From NCBI RefSeq assembly GCF_000143415.4, contig NW_003314313.1:425759-489626 (forward strand): a stretch of DNA of 63,868 nt, written 5' to 3'. Source of the stretch: Selaginella moellendorffii. Taxonomy: Eukaryota; Plantae; Lycopodiophyta. Below, piece by piece: positions 12,392 to 23,500 of the stretch; position 1 is the first letter of the stretch; each line of letters begins with the position of its first letter. The translations under genes were made by a program, and so were the position numbers. The notes beneath the pieces are model-generated. The model made no database searches and was not told the DNA's origin. It saw only the letters and a program-made list of their open reading frames with translations.

Positions 12392-15300
12392 ATGTCTCAG
12401 ACACAAGTCGAACGTACCATCAAAGTCGGGTACGATGCGGTTGTTGTTGGATCTGGCTATGGAGGATCGATTGCTGCATATCGACTCGCAGAAGCAGGGA
12501 TCCGTGTGTGCGTTCTGGAAAAAGGCAGACGATGGGAGCCCCACGAGTTTCCAACAACGCCCTGGAAATTGCTTCCCAGCATGCGCTTTCTTACGCCATT
12601 CGGAAGCTTTGGGAAGAAGGATGCTCTCTATGAGGTGAGTTTCTGGATCGCATTGTACTTCTCCTGTTAAAACATATATTCACACAGTTAGTCCATGTTT
12701 ACAGGTGCACAGCCACGGAGACTCTGTCGCTCTAGTTGGGTCAGGACTGGGAGGAGGCTCACTAGTGAATGCTGGAATCATCATGCCCACACCGAAAAGA
12801 GCACGAAGGCATCCAAACTGGCCAAAAGAGTGGGAGGAAGACTGGGAGAAACACGAAGCAAAATCCCACAGCATTCTGGAGCCTGAATATGCTCAGAATG
12901 AGCCACCAAAGTCCAAAGTGCTAGACCAAATTGCAAACGAGATCGAGGATGCAGCAAAAGATTCCATGAAGTTGACCATAAGTTTCAAACAGAAGAAGAA
13001 TGCTGCTGGAGTTACCCAAAACGAATGCATTTCGTGCGGTAACTGTCTATCAGGATGCAAGTACAACGCAAAGAGCTCAACAGACAAAAATTACCTCGAA
13101 CTAGCCGCACAGGTACTTTATCGCTGTATTGAAGGCATATCTTCTTACGGAAATCGAATGCGCAGGCAGGAGCCAGAATTTGCACGCAGACGGAAGTGAT
13201 GTTCATCAGCGAGAACTCAGAAGAATTCTGTTGTCAAAACTGCAATGATGGAGCAAATTGCAAATCAGTAGCTACAAGAAGATGGCGTGTGCACCTGAAT
13301 GAAGTGGATTATATTTCGGCAGACTACGTCATCGTAGCCGGTACTATCTTGTAAAAGCTCGAAACTTTCGTTGCTAATATTTGCTGCCCCTTCTTTCTTC
13401 AGCTGGTGTTCTTGGCACGAATGGGATCCTCTTGCGATCAAAAGAGCGAGGCCTACAACTGTCCCAACAGTTGGGATACGGAGTTAGCTGCAATGGAAAT
13501 AATATAGCTTACATAACAGGCACAGCCGCACAGACTCAAGCTCAAGGACTTCGAGAAGAAGATTTCTCAAGGACTCCCATGCAGCTACGTCCTGGTCCAG
13601 TCATATCAAGTTCACATACATCATCACTTGGCTTTACAATACAGGTAATATGAGTGAAATAAGCTTATATCAAGCTAAACACCTCTTTCAGGGCTCTTGT
13701 ATTCCTCAAGCTGCTCCAGAATTTCTACTAAGGGGAGTCATTACTTATGGCCTAGGGGACTACGGGTTTCTCACTGGTATCTGGGAACAAGTCAAACAAT
13801 GGACAGGAACGCAGAACAGCCAAGCTCTGGTATTGAATATGATGGGATATGACGCTGCTGACGGGCAAATCAAGATAGACAAGCTAACAGGAAGAGTGGC
13901 ATACAGTGCAGCGAAGGACTTACTTTTTCATCATAAGCTTCGGACCGCTGAAAAGTTGGCAGCTCGCCTTCGTGGGAAGCTGTACATGAGTCGCTTCAGA
14001 AGTGCTGCCGTTCATCTTTTGGGAGGTTGCAACGCAGCAACAGACTCATCCACCGGCGTGGCAAACGCAAACGGCCAGATTTTCTTCCCTGAGACGAGCA
14101 ACGGTCAGTTCAGGAAGACAACAAAAGTTCACGCAGGCCTGTACGTTTGCGACGCCTCTTTGATTCCATGCTCAGTTGGACTGAATCCGGTCAGCACGAT
14201 CTCAATAGTGGCAGAGAGAGTTGCGAATGGCATTGTCAACGATGCGCAGAACTACCTGTCACAAAAGTTTCAGCACGAAGTATTTACTGGCGATCTTAGT
14301 AATTTAAAATCAAGAACATACCTCAACTCGCGACTTGCTTCCGAAATGCAGTGCAGCTATGTCATTATCCACGAAAAATTGAAAGGAAATATTGGAGGAG
14401 CTCCTTGCACACTGCGACTGGTGATGCATATGGGACAAGACAAGGATACGCCTGCAAGCAATCGTTTGTTTGGAGATAGTCATCCTCTCCTGCGTGGATA
14501 TGTTGGAGGCGATGTTCTTATTCCTTCGCTGGAACCAGGTCCTCTATATGTGGTTGACGGATACGTAAATATGTGCCATGTCGATGAAAAAACTCCTTTC
14601 ACTCAGTATATGCATTATCACCTGCTTCTGTCAACAAACACGGGCACCAGGTAAGTTTTCCTTCCTCCTCTAAATCTGGTCTGGTCTCATGCAAAACATG
14701 CTATGGTTTGTGAAGGTATACTTTGGACGGACGGAAAGAGATGCGACCATTCATGAGCGGCTTAAAGTGCTTCTATGAGTCGACCACGCTACATGTCGTT
14801 GTTCGAACTCAGCAGGAGTCATCAAAACCGGTTGTCCTGAAAGGAAAGTTGCGAGTAACTCTTCCCGAGTTACTTAAGTCGCTAATATCGTTGCGAGGAC
14901 CAAGGAAGCGGGAGTTTGTAGGACGGCTGATGGAAACACTTGCTAGGACGTACTTGATGAGAACACCAAGGACTCCAACAGAGAAGGTGACCAGGACACA
15001 AAACTTGACGAACAACTATTCAAACTACGTGCTTCATGAACTCGTGACAGGTACGAAACAAATTTCTTAACAGGCAGTCATTCTGACACGAGCATGATGG
15101 ATGGCTGTAGAGGACGGTGTACACATTACCTGCAAGCAATGGTGCTCAAAAGATGCTGCGGAGGACCAAAACTCCAGAGTCGTTTTGTTGCTCAATGGTT
15201 ATTCCACAGAGAGCTTCTGGCTTCCTACAGAAAGTAATGACATCATACGAACGCTGATACAGAATGATTACGAACCTTGGCTGCTGCAAACACGCTTGCA

Positions 15301-16407
15301 TCCATTGCATCCAACAAAATATTCCTTCACTTTCGACGATATTGCTCACTTCGACATTCCATCTGGTATGTTCCTGTTTTTTCAAGGAGGAAAATTTTAA
15401 TCGCTAAAATTTGCAGCGTTTGCGAAGATAAACCAAGTCAAGAAAAAGCAGATAGCGGCACACGTTATTGCTCACTGCATAGGAGGACTATCAATTCACA
15501 TGAGCTTGATGGGTGGACACATACCTCCATCGTCGATCGCATCGCTAGTTTGCACAAACTCGTCCATGTTCTTCAACTTGGTTCCATCAGCGCTCGTGAA
15601 GTTGACTCTGCCTCTCATCCCTGTAAGTGGTTTTTGCGTTAGCCATCTACGAACTGAGAATTACATCTTTACGTTTTTCTACAGATTTCTATGAAAATCC
15701 TGGGAAAGAACACCATCGTGCCGATAAGTCCTCCTAAAGAAGAATCAATGCCCTGGCGACACAGACTACTGCGCTCAATCGCTCGAGCGATACCACGCAC
15801 TGAAAGCTGTCCCTGCGATGAATGCAATGTTTTCTCAGGAATTTTCGGCAGCACATTCTGGCACCAAAACGTCGGGCTAGAAATGCACGACTGGCTGAAC
15901 AAGAAGGCAGTGCCAGTTCTTCCAATGGCAGGATTTCCACATTTGCGATCAATCGCTCTAGCGGGACACATAGTCAACAGTGAAGGAGAAGAGGAGACTT
16001 ACATGGCTCATCCGGAGAGGCTAGCAGTTCACACCACGTATATCTCCGGCGGCCGCCCCATTCTCGTCACTCCAGAGACCTCTCTCCGCGCGCACGGATT
16101 CATGAAGCGGCATCAGCCTGGATTCAGCCACGCTCGAATCGTGATTCCAGATTATGGACACTCTGACCTGTGGATCGGAGAGCATTCGCACGAGGACGTG
16201 TTCCCGCTGGTGCTGGAACGCCTAAAATCCGCCGAGCGGAGCGATCCGAGCGATAATCTGCAGAAGAACGCGATATTGCCGTGGGAGGAGCCACTGGCCG
16301 GCCACAAGAAAGCCGCTGGGAGGAGCGCCGTGGCCATCCTGATGGCGCTGCTCGCGATCGCCATGCTGTGCTTGCTTGCCCTGATAAACCCTAGCTCTAG
16401 AATTTGA
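12392..16407 (+). CDS. GMC oxidoreductase-alpha/beta hydrolase fusion, copy 3
   Basis: Same motifs and exon structure; MSQTQVER start; TM tail AVAILMALLAIAMLCLLALI. Confidence 0.9.
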
Positions 16408-16560
16408 AATTCCCGCCAAAACTGCTTGAGAAAAGAGAAAAAGAAAATTCCTTGTGAACAGGACCAGGATTGAATATTCACGTTTGTTCTTTTCACAAAG
16501 ACAAGAATGATTGAAACAGGGTCGTTTGTTCTTCTCATAAACTCCAACATGCGAGAGCTC

Positions 16561-16569
16561 CTATAAAAT
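16561..16569 (+). promoter_or_regulatory. TATA box of GMC copy 4
   Basis: CTATAAATA about 45 nt upstream of the ATG at 16610. Confidence 0.55.
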
Positions 16570-16609
16570 AGCTTCCAAGCAAATGAGAAGAAAGCGGTAT
16601 CGTTTTGAG

Positions 16610-19600
16610 ATGGCTTCTCCGCCTCGCACCTTCGATGTTGTAGTGGTGGGCTCTGGCTATGGCGGAGCCATCGCTGCGTGCCGGCTCGCTCAAGCTGGTT
16701 TGAGCGTCTGCGTTTTGGAGAAAGGCAAGCGATGGGAGCCTCGGGATTTTCCAACGAATGTGTGGCAGCTTCTTTCCACCATGCGCTTCCACACTGGATT
16801 CGGCAGCTTTGGAAGGAAGAACTCGTTATACGAGGCGAGCAAAGCTTGAAAGTAAAAAGACCTCTCACTCACCTTTGATGTTGTTAATGTTCTCAGGTGT
16901 ATGTTGATGGCGATTCACTCGCCGTGACAGCGTCTGGGCTTGGAGGCGGATCTCTGGTGAACGCTGGGGTGATCATGCCGACGCCTCGAAGAGCTCGCAG
17001 TGATCCGCGCTGGCCGGAAGAGTGGGACAGAGACTGGGACGAGTTTGAGGCGAAGGCACAAGAGATCTTGCAGCCCGAGAGTGTGCCACACGACTTTCCT
17101 AAGACACAGATCATGGATAAGCTTGTAGAAGATATCGAAGACATGTCTAGAGTTCCAGTGAAGCTTACCATGACATTCTCGAGTAAGAAAAGTGTCGCTG
17201 GAGCAGCACAGGATGCCTGCGTTGCCTGTGGGAACTGTTTAACAGGATGCTCTTACAACGCCAAGAGCTCCACTGACAAGAATTATATCCAGCTCGCTGC
17301 ACAGGTATGTCGAAGCCAAAAAGTTTAGTTTTTGGTTGAGCAAAAAACAAAACTTTTGCAGGCAGGAGCTCAAATCTACACCGAGAGAGAAGTCCTGTTT
17401 GTAAGCCAAAGTCCAAAAGCTACAAGCAGCCACTTTCAGGCTCCCTTTGGCAAGGCTCGAAGCAGGAGATGGCGAGTTCATGAAAACTCAGTGGACTACA
17501 TCTCAGCAGATTACGTCGTGTTATCCGGTAAGAAAAACTTGACACTCTAGAGGTTGCTGACTTTCATCTGCCTTCTTCTCTCTCAGCTGGTGTTTTAGGA
17601 ACGACTGGGATCTTGCTCAGATCAAAAGAGCGAGGCTTGCAACTTTCAGAAAAGCTGGGGAGTGGAGTCAGTTGCAATGGAAACAACATTGCATTCGTAA
17701 CAGAAGCCTCTGCACAAACTCAAGTACGCGGACTAGGAAAGGAAAAGTTTCCAAGCACGCCGCTCCCACTAAGACCAGGCCCATCTATTTCCAGCTCGCA
17801 CACCTCTTCTCTCGGCTTCACCATTCAGGTAACATTTCGCAATGCATCAAAGCTCTAACTTCTACGACCATAGGCTTCAGCAATCCCGAAAGCAAGTTCC
17901 TACGTAATCTTGAAAGGAATCCTCATAAACAGGTGGCCAGTCAGCTGGGGAATCATTCATGCTCTTTGGGACCAGTTCATGCAGTGGATAACTAGACAGA
18001 ACATTCAGGAACTTCAACTTAATTTGATAAGCTATGACTCCGGGGATGGACACGTTACCTTGAACGAGAAATCTGGAAAAATCACGTACCAGGCATCCAG
18101 TGACTTGCTCTTCTGCAAAAAACTCGAACGAGTTAAGAAGATTGCTTCTAAACTTGACGGGAAGCTCTTTCTACCTCGCTTCCGGAGCAACTCGGTGCAT
18201 CTCCTAGGAGGCTGCAATGTTTCGACGAGCATCACTTCCGGGGTCACGAGTCCGAGTGGACAGGTTTACGCTCCACCTGCAAGTAATCAAGCCAACGCTC
18301 ATAACAGTGAGGAAAGGAGCAACAAGAATGTCCATGCAGGCTTATACATCTGTGATGCATCGGTAATTCCCTGTTCGATAGGCGTCAATCCAGTAGGCAC
18401 TATAGCAATTGTGGCAGAAAAGGTATCAAGCTGCATAGCAAAGGATGCAAAATATTACCTTTTCTCGCGAAGGCAAAGCTTGAGTTCCTTGGAACATCCT
18501 GTCCAGGACGAGCCACTGAAAACCAGCAAAGTTACTGTTGTCAATGAGACACTCGACGGAAGTTTCGATGGCATACCTTGCACGTTGAAGCTAACAATGC
18601 ATATAGTTCCGAAAACGACGAACTGCACAACCATTCTCCATGGCCAAGTAGGAGGAAAGCTGCTCATCCCGTTGCTAGAAAAGGACCCCTTGCATGTCTT
18701 GGACGGATACGTCAACCTGTGTTCGCTGAGCGAGAAGTCTCCCTTCACTCAGTTTATGCGTTACCATCTGCTTCTATCCACGTCTTCAGGCCGCCGGTAA
18801 GTGAAGTCCTTCTAGAAATCCAGAAAGTTACGAGCAGACTGGCAGGTTCTTGTTGATGGCAAAAAAAGAGATGAGGCCCTTCCTCTGCGGTCTCTGGATC
18901 TATAAGGAATCGACCACACTTAACGCACAGCTCGTCGATCTTTCAGGCAAGGAGAGTGCCAACCCTTCAGTACTCCAGGGAACTTTGCACGTCAGTGTCT
19001 TCAATCTTCTGAGGTCGTTGATAAGCTTGAAAGGACCAGGGAAATTTTCGTTTCTTAAGCAGTTGCTATCGAGTCTGCTGCAAACATACTTTTCTGGACG
19101 TCCCCGGCGAATTGATCAACCTTCCGAAGTAAATGTCAGATCGGAAGACGAAGTACTCGACTATCCTAGTTATGTTCATCATGAGATGCAAACCAGTAAG
19201 TGCAAAAAACAGGTGACGCTACTTCAAGCGGTCCTAATGCACAGTACGATGTTGCTTGCAGAAGATGGAGCAAAAGTTACCTGTAAACAATGGCCACTTT
19301 CCATGGACCAGAAGAAAGGACTGGTGCTGCTTTTGAATGGCTACTCCACTGAAAGCTTCTGCCTACCAACCGAGCCACAAGATATGGTCCGATCGCTTCT
19401 GCAAAATGGATATGAGGTATGGCTGTTGCAGACAAGAGTTCACCCATCTCACCCCGGCCAAGAAAAGTTTGATCTTGATGACATTGCGAAGTTTGACATT
19501 CCAGCAGGTAAGCTGCATCACATACACGCAAAGTAGAGTCAGCTAACGAGTTTTGCAGCGTTTGAAAGAATGGAACAATCAAAAAATGGCCCAGCTTGTG

Positions 19601-20508
19601 CTCACGTCATTGCGCATTGCATCGGCGGACTACTGATTCATATGGCCATAATGGGAGGACACTTACCTGTCTCTCGTGTTGCTTCACTGGTCTGCACAAA
19701 CTCGTCAATGTTTTTCAGCCTGGTTCCATCGGCATTGGTGAAAATGGCACTTCCTCTGATACCTGTAAGTTTTAAGAATCAGTGCACGAGCTAACAAAGA
19801 TTTGCGCAGATATCTATGAAAATTCTGGGAGATCATAAAACACTTCCAATCACCAATCAGAAGCGTGAACAAAAACTACCAACAAGACACAAACTTATCC
19901 GAGCAATAGCTCGAGCGATACCACGAACGGAGTGCTGCGTGAGCGACGAATGCAGCATTTTCTCAGGCATATTTGGCAACACATTCTGGCACGAGAACGT
20001 AAGAAAAGAAATGCACGACTGGCTTGTGAGCCAAGCGGTACCAGTTCTACCACTGCAAGCTTTCCCACATCTAAGAAAGATCGCGAGAGCTGGCCATATA
20101 GTAGATGCCAGGGGACAAGAAACTTACATGACAAAACCGGAGAGGCTCGCGCTTCCCACGACTTACATCTCCGGCGGCAAACCAATCCTGGGAACACCAC
20201 AAATGTCTGAGCAAGCGCACGAATTCATGAAGAAACACCATCCCACCTTCGATCACGCTCGCTTCGTGATCACGAGCTATGGCCATTCGGATCTATGGAT
20301 CGGGGAGAGCAGCCACACCGACATTTTCCCGCTGATCATCGAGCGCCTTCGATCCGTGGAGAAAGATCCAGCTCCGGAGCGGCGGGAAGCAAACAGGAGG
20401 AGAAATCTACCTCTGCCATGGGCGATCGCTCCAGCCCGTGCGAGAATACTTCCTGTGGGAGTGGCATTAGGGTTTCTCATGTTATGCTTTGCTTTTAAAA
20501 GTTTCTAG
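16610..20508 (+). CDS. GMC oxidoreductase-alpha/beta hydrolase fusion, copy 4 (most divergent)
   Basis: MASPPRTFDVVVVGSGYGG, CVACGNCLTGC, VHLLGGC, HVIAHCIGG, YGHSDLWIG, TM tail; first intron has a GC donor. Confidence 0.88.
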
Positions 20509-20590
20509 TTTCCCTCCCCGCCATAGCGTAGGGTTTCTCTCTTGGCGCCAATCGTCCAGCTTCAATCGGCTCCAACCGATCGAAATTTCA

Positions 20591-23500
20591 ATGGCCGAGC
20601 TCGCAGAACGGCGATTGTGCGAGGAGCCGAATCCGCGCAGGTAACGAAGATGGATTTCCCATCAATGCAGCTGAAAAATCTTGTTTCTTAGCTATCAAAC
20701 ATTTCTATTCGAGAAAACGCTGGCAATGAACACGATCGTGTGCCTGGAAACTGGGTGTGGCAAAACGATGATCGCCGTGCTTCTCATTCGCTCGCTTTCT
20801 CACTTATTTCGCAAGCCAGAGAAAGGGATTTGCGTGTTTTTGGCCCCAACAGTGAGCCTTTGCGAGCAGGTTAGCATCTTGCTTGCTATCGTGCTAGTAT
20901 TTTGGACTTTTTATATGGTTGGCAGCAAGCCGAGGTCATTGAGCGCTACACTGACCTTTACGTTGGTACTTACGTCGGTGGAACTTCCACCATGGATGTT
21001 CATTGGTGGACAACGCATCTTCAAAAGCAAGAGGTTCTTTCTTTCTATTAACTTTGGCTTTACTCTTCTTGCGTGGAACCTACAGGTTTTTGTCATGACT
21101 CCTGCGATTCTGCTGGACAACCTTCGCCATCGATTTTTTAATCCGGATCATGTTGAGCTGCTAATTTTTGACGAATGTCATCACTGTGCCAAGGGGCATC
21201 CTTATGCGAATATCATGAGCGTAAGTGCTTTCTTTTGCTTCGTTTTCTGATAGTGTTACTGCATTCACAGGAGTTTTATCACAAGCCTGAAGCTAAGTGT
21301 CCGAGAATATTGGGCATGACGGCGTCACCCATTGTTGGAAAAGGTATGAGGATGTTGTGTGCATGAACCTCACCTGCATTTACAGGCAAGACGTGGAGCG
21401 GTCCACAAGCTTTCAAAGAAAGTTTTGATTGCCTTGAAACTATGCTACGCTCAAAGGTTGTTGTCTATCTAAAGTCTCATTTGATGGACCCGCTGGTCTT
21501 TTGTCACAGATTATCACTTTCGCAGATAAAGAGCTAACTAGCTTTTTACCGTCATCTGATATGAAAATCAAGGAGCACTTGCCAGACACGAAAGGCAAGC
21601 ATCGTACAACGGACATCGACAATCGTTTCGAGGTCAACTGAAAGAATTAGCTTGTTATTGTTTAACACATGTTGCACATTTCAGAACTTAACCAGAGAAT
21701 TTCGACTTCCAGAAGAAAGGCAAGCTGTAAATAAGATATACAACACTCTGAACTACTGTCTCTTTGAGTTGGGCCTCTTCTCTGCAAGAAAGGTTGGGCT
21801 AAACAATTTGGGAACCTACGAAATCTCGTATTACAGGCGGCAGAGATTATGCTCGCTGGCTGTGACGGAAAAGGACGTGATGCGGAAGCCGCATTCTTGA
21901 GGCGTGTGCTAAACATTCTGGAAGAGAAAGCGATTTTGGACGGTAACATATAGTAAGTTTTAACTGACAAGTGCGTTCTTGGACAGGTACTGCAGATGAT
22001 CAAATCCGTGCCATTTCTTCTAAAGTCCAACTTTTACTGGATGTGCTTGATGAGTACAAGTGAGACATAATTTTCCCCAATCACACTACTAACTGTTACG
22101 GCTTTGTTATGCAGGTCTGCCCAAGATCTTCGTTGTATTGTGTTTGTTGAGAGAGTGATTGCAGCCAAGGTTTTGACTCTGCTTTTGAACTCTCGTCCCT
22201 ACGTTAGAGCACAGTGTGTAGCAAGTCACAGAAATAAGTTGAAGGGCTTAACTCTGGCAACTCAGAGAAACTCATTGGAAGACTTTCGTGCTGGAAAGGT
22301 GAAAATCGAGTTTGTCTGATTTCTCTGATTTCTCTTATGCAACAATGCTATATAACTGTTCATTACAGGCTAATGTCATTGTGGCGACTAATGTTGCTGA
22401 AGAAGGCCTTGATATTCAAAGCTGTTCTCTTGTTATACGATTCAACATGCCTAAAACCGAGCGTAGCAGTATTCAGTCAAGGGGCCGTGCACGTAAACAA
22501 GGATCTGACTACGTTATTCTGATGGAATCGTGAGCCTACTTTCTTTCAATTCCGGTTATCTCACCTGTTTTCCTCCAGTGGGAACCTCAACGAGGAAAAA
22601 CTCTTACATGCAATACTAGAAGGGGAAAAGTTGATGCATGAGCAGCTACATACTGTTCAGGATACCTATGACCATCAACTTTTTTATCGCCAGAAAGATG
22701 CCTATCATGTTGAGTCCACGGGTGCGGTCGTGAACATCGATTCAAGTGTTTCGTTACTCCACCAATACTGCTCGACACTTGGGTAACTCTTTTATATACC
22801 GTTTCATTCTCGTTTAAGTGTAGCATTTATAGGAATGACGCACATCCGAATTTTCAGTTCTACAAGGGTGAAGACGGGGGAACAACTTGTAACGTGACAC
22901 TTCCTGATATCTGCACCGTCAAATACATCAAAGGCAAAAGATGTGCAACGGAGGAAATCGCAAGAAAGGCTGCATGCCTGGAAGCCTGTCGAAAGCTACA
23001 CATGGCTGGGGCACTATCGGATAATTTGCGTCCAGTTCGGGCTACTAATATCTCCAAAAGTGTCTCAATTACCTCAGGTGTGTTCAATCTCCTATCATTT
23101 TCTTAATGTAATCACGTTATATCACATTCAGATGACATGGATATGTACGAGACGATCATACCTGATGTTTTACAAGGAAAGTTGGGTGTGTTTTCTGAGA
23201 ATCTGACCTTCCACACCTACGTGCTTTCCTTTAGCTCCAGTGACGACAGGTTATCCTATCGTAATTTTGCACTGTTCTTGTCATCAAAGCTAGATGCCAG
23301 CGTCGAAGTTGAACGCTTCGAACTGAATTTGGGACGTGGAAGAAATGTTGTGGTTCAGCTAGGCTCCGTGCAAAATATCATCTTAGACAGTGACAACGTA
23401 AGTTTTGTCGCTTCTGTGTATTATGTTTTGACTTATGCTCCGATTTTCAAGATTGCTGCCGTAAATCGGTTCTACGAAATAGTTTTTCCTATCCTATGGC

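Noticed and set aside
16152-16868. 238-aa minus-strand ORF and similar antisense ORFs over GMC, DCL and GAR1 exons
   Set aside because: Shadow frames of GC-rich coding exons with no recognisable domains.
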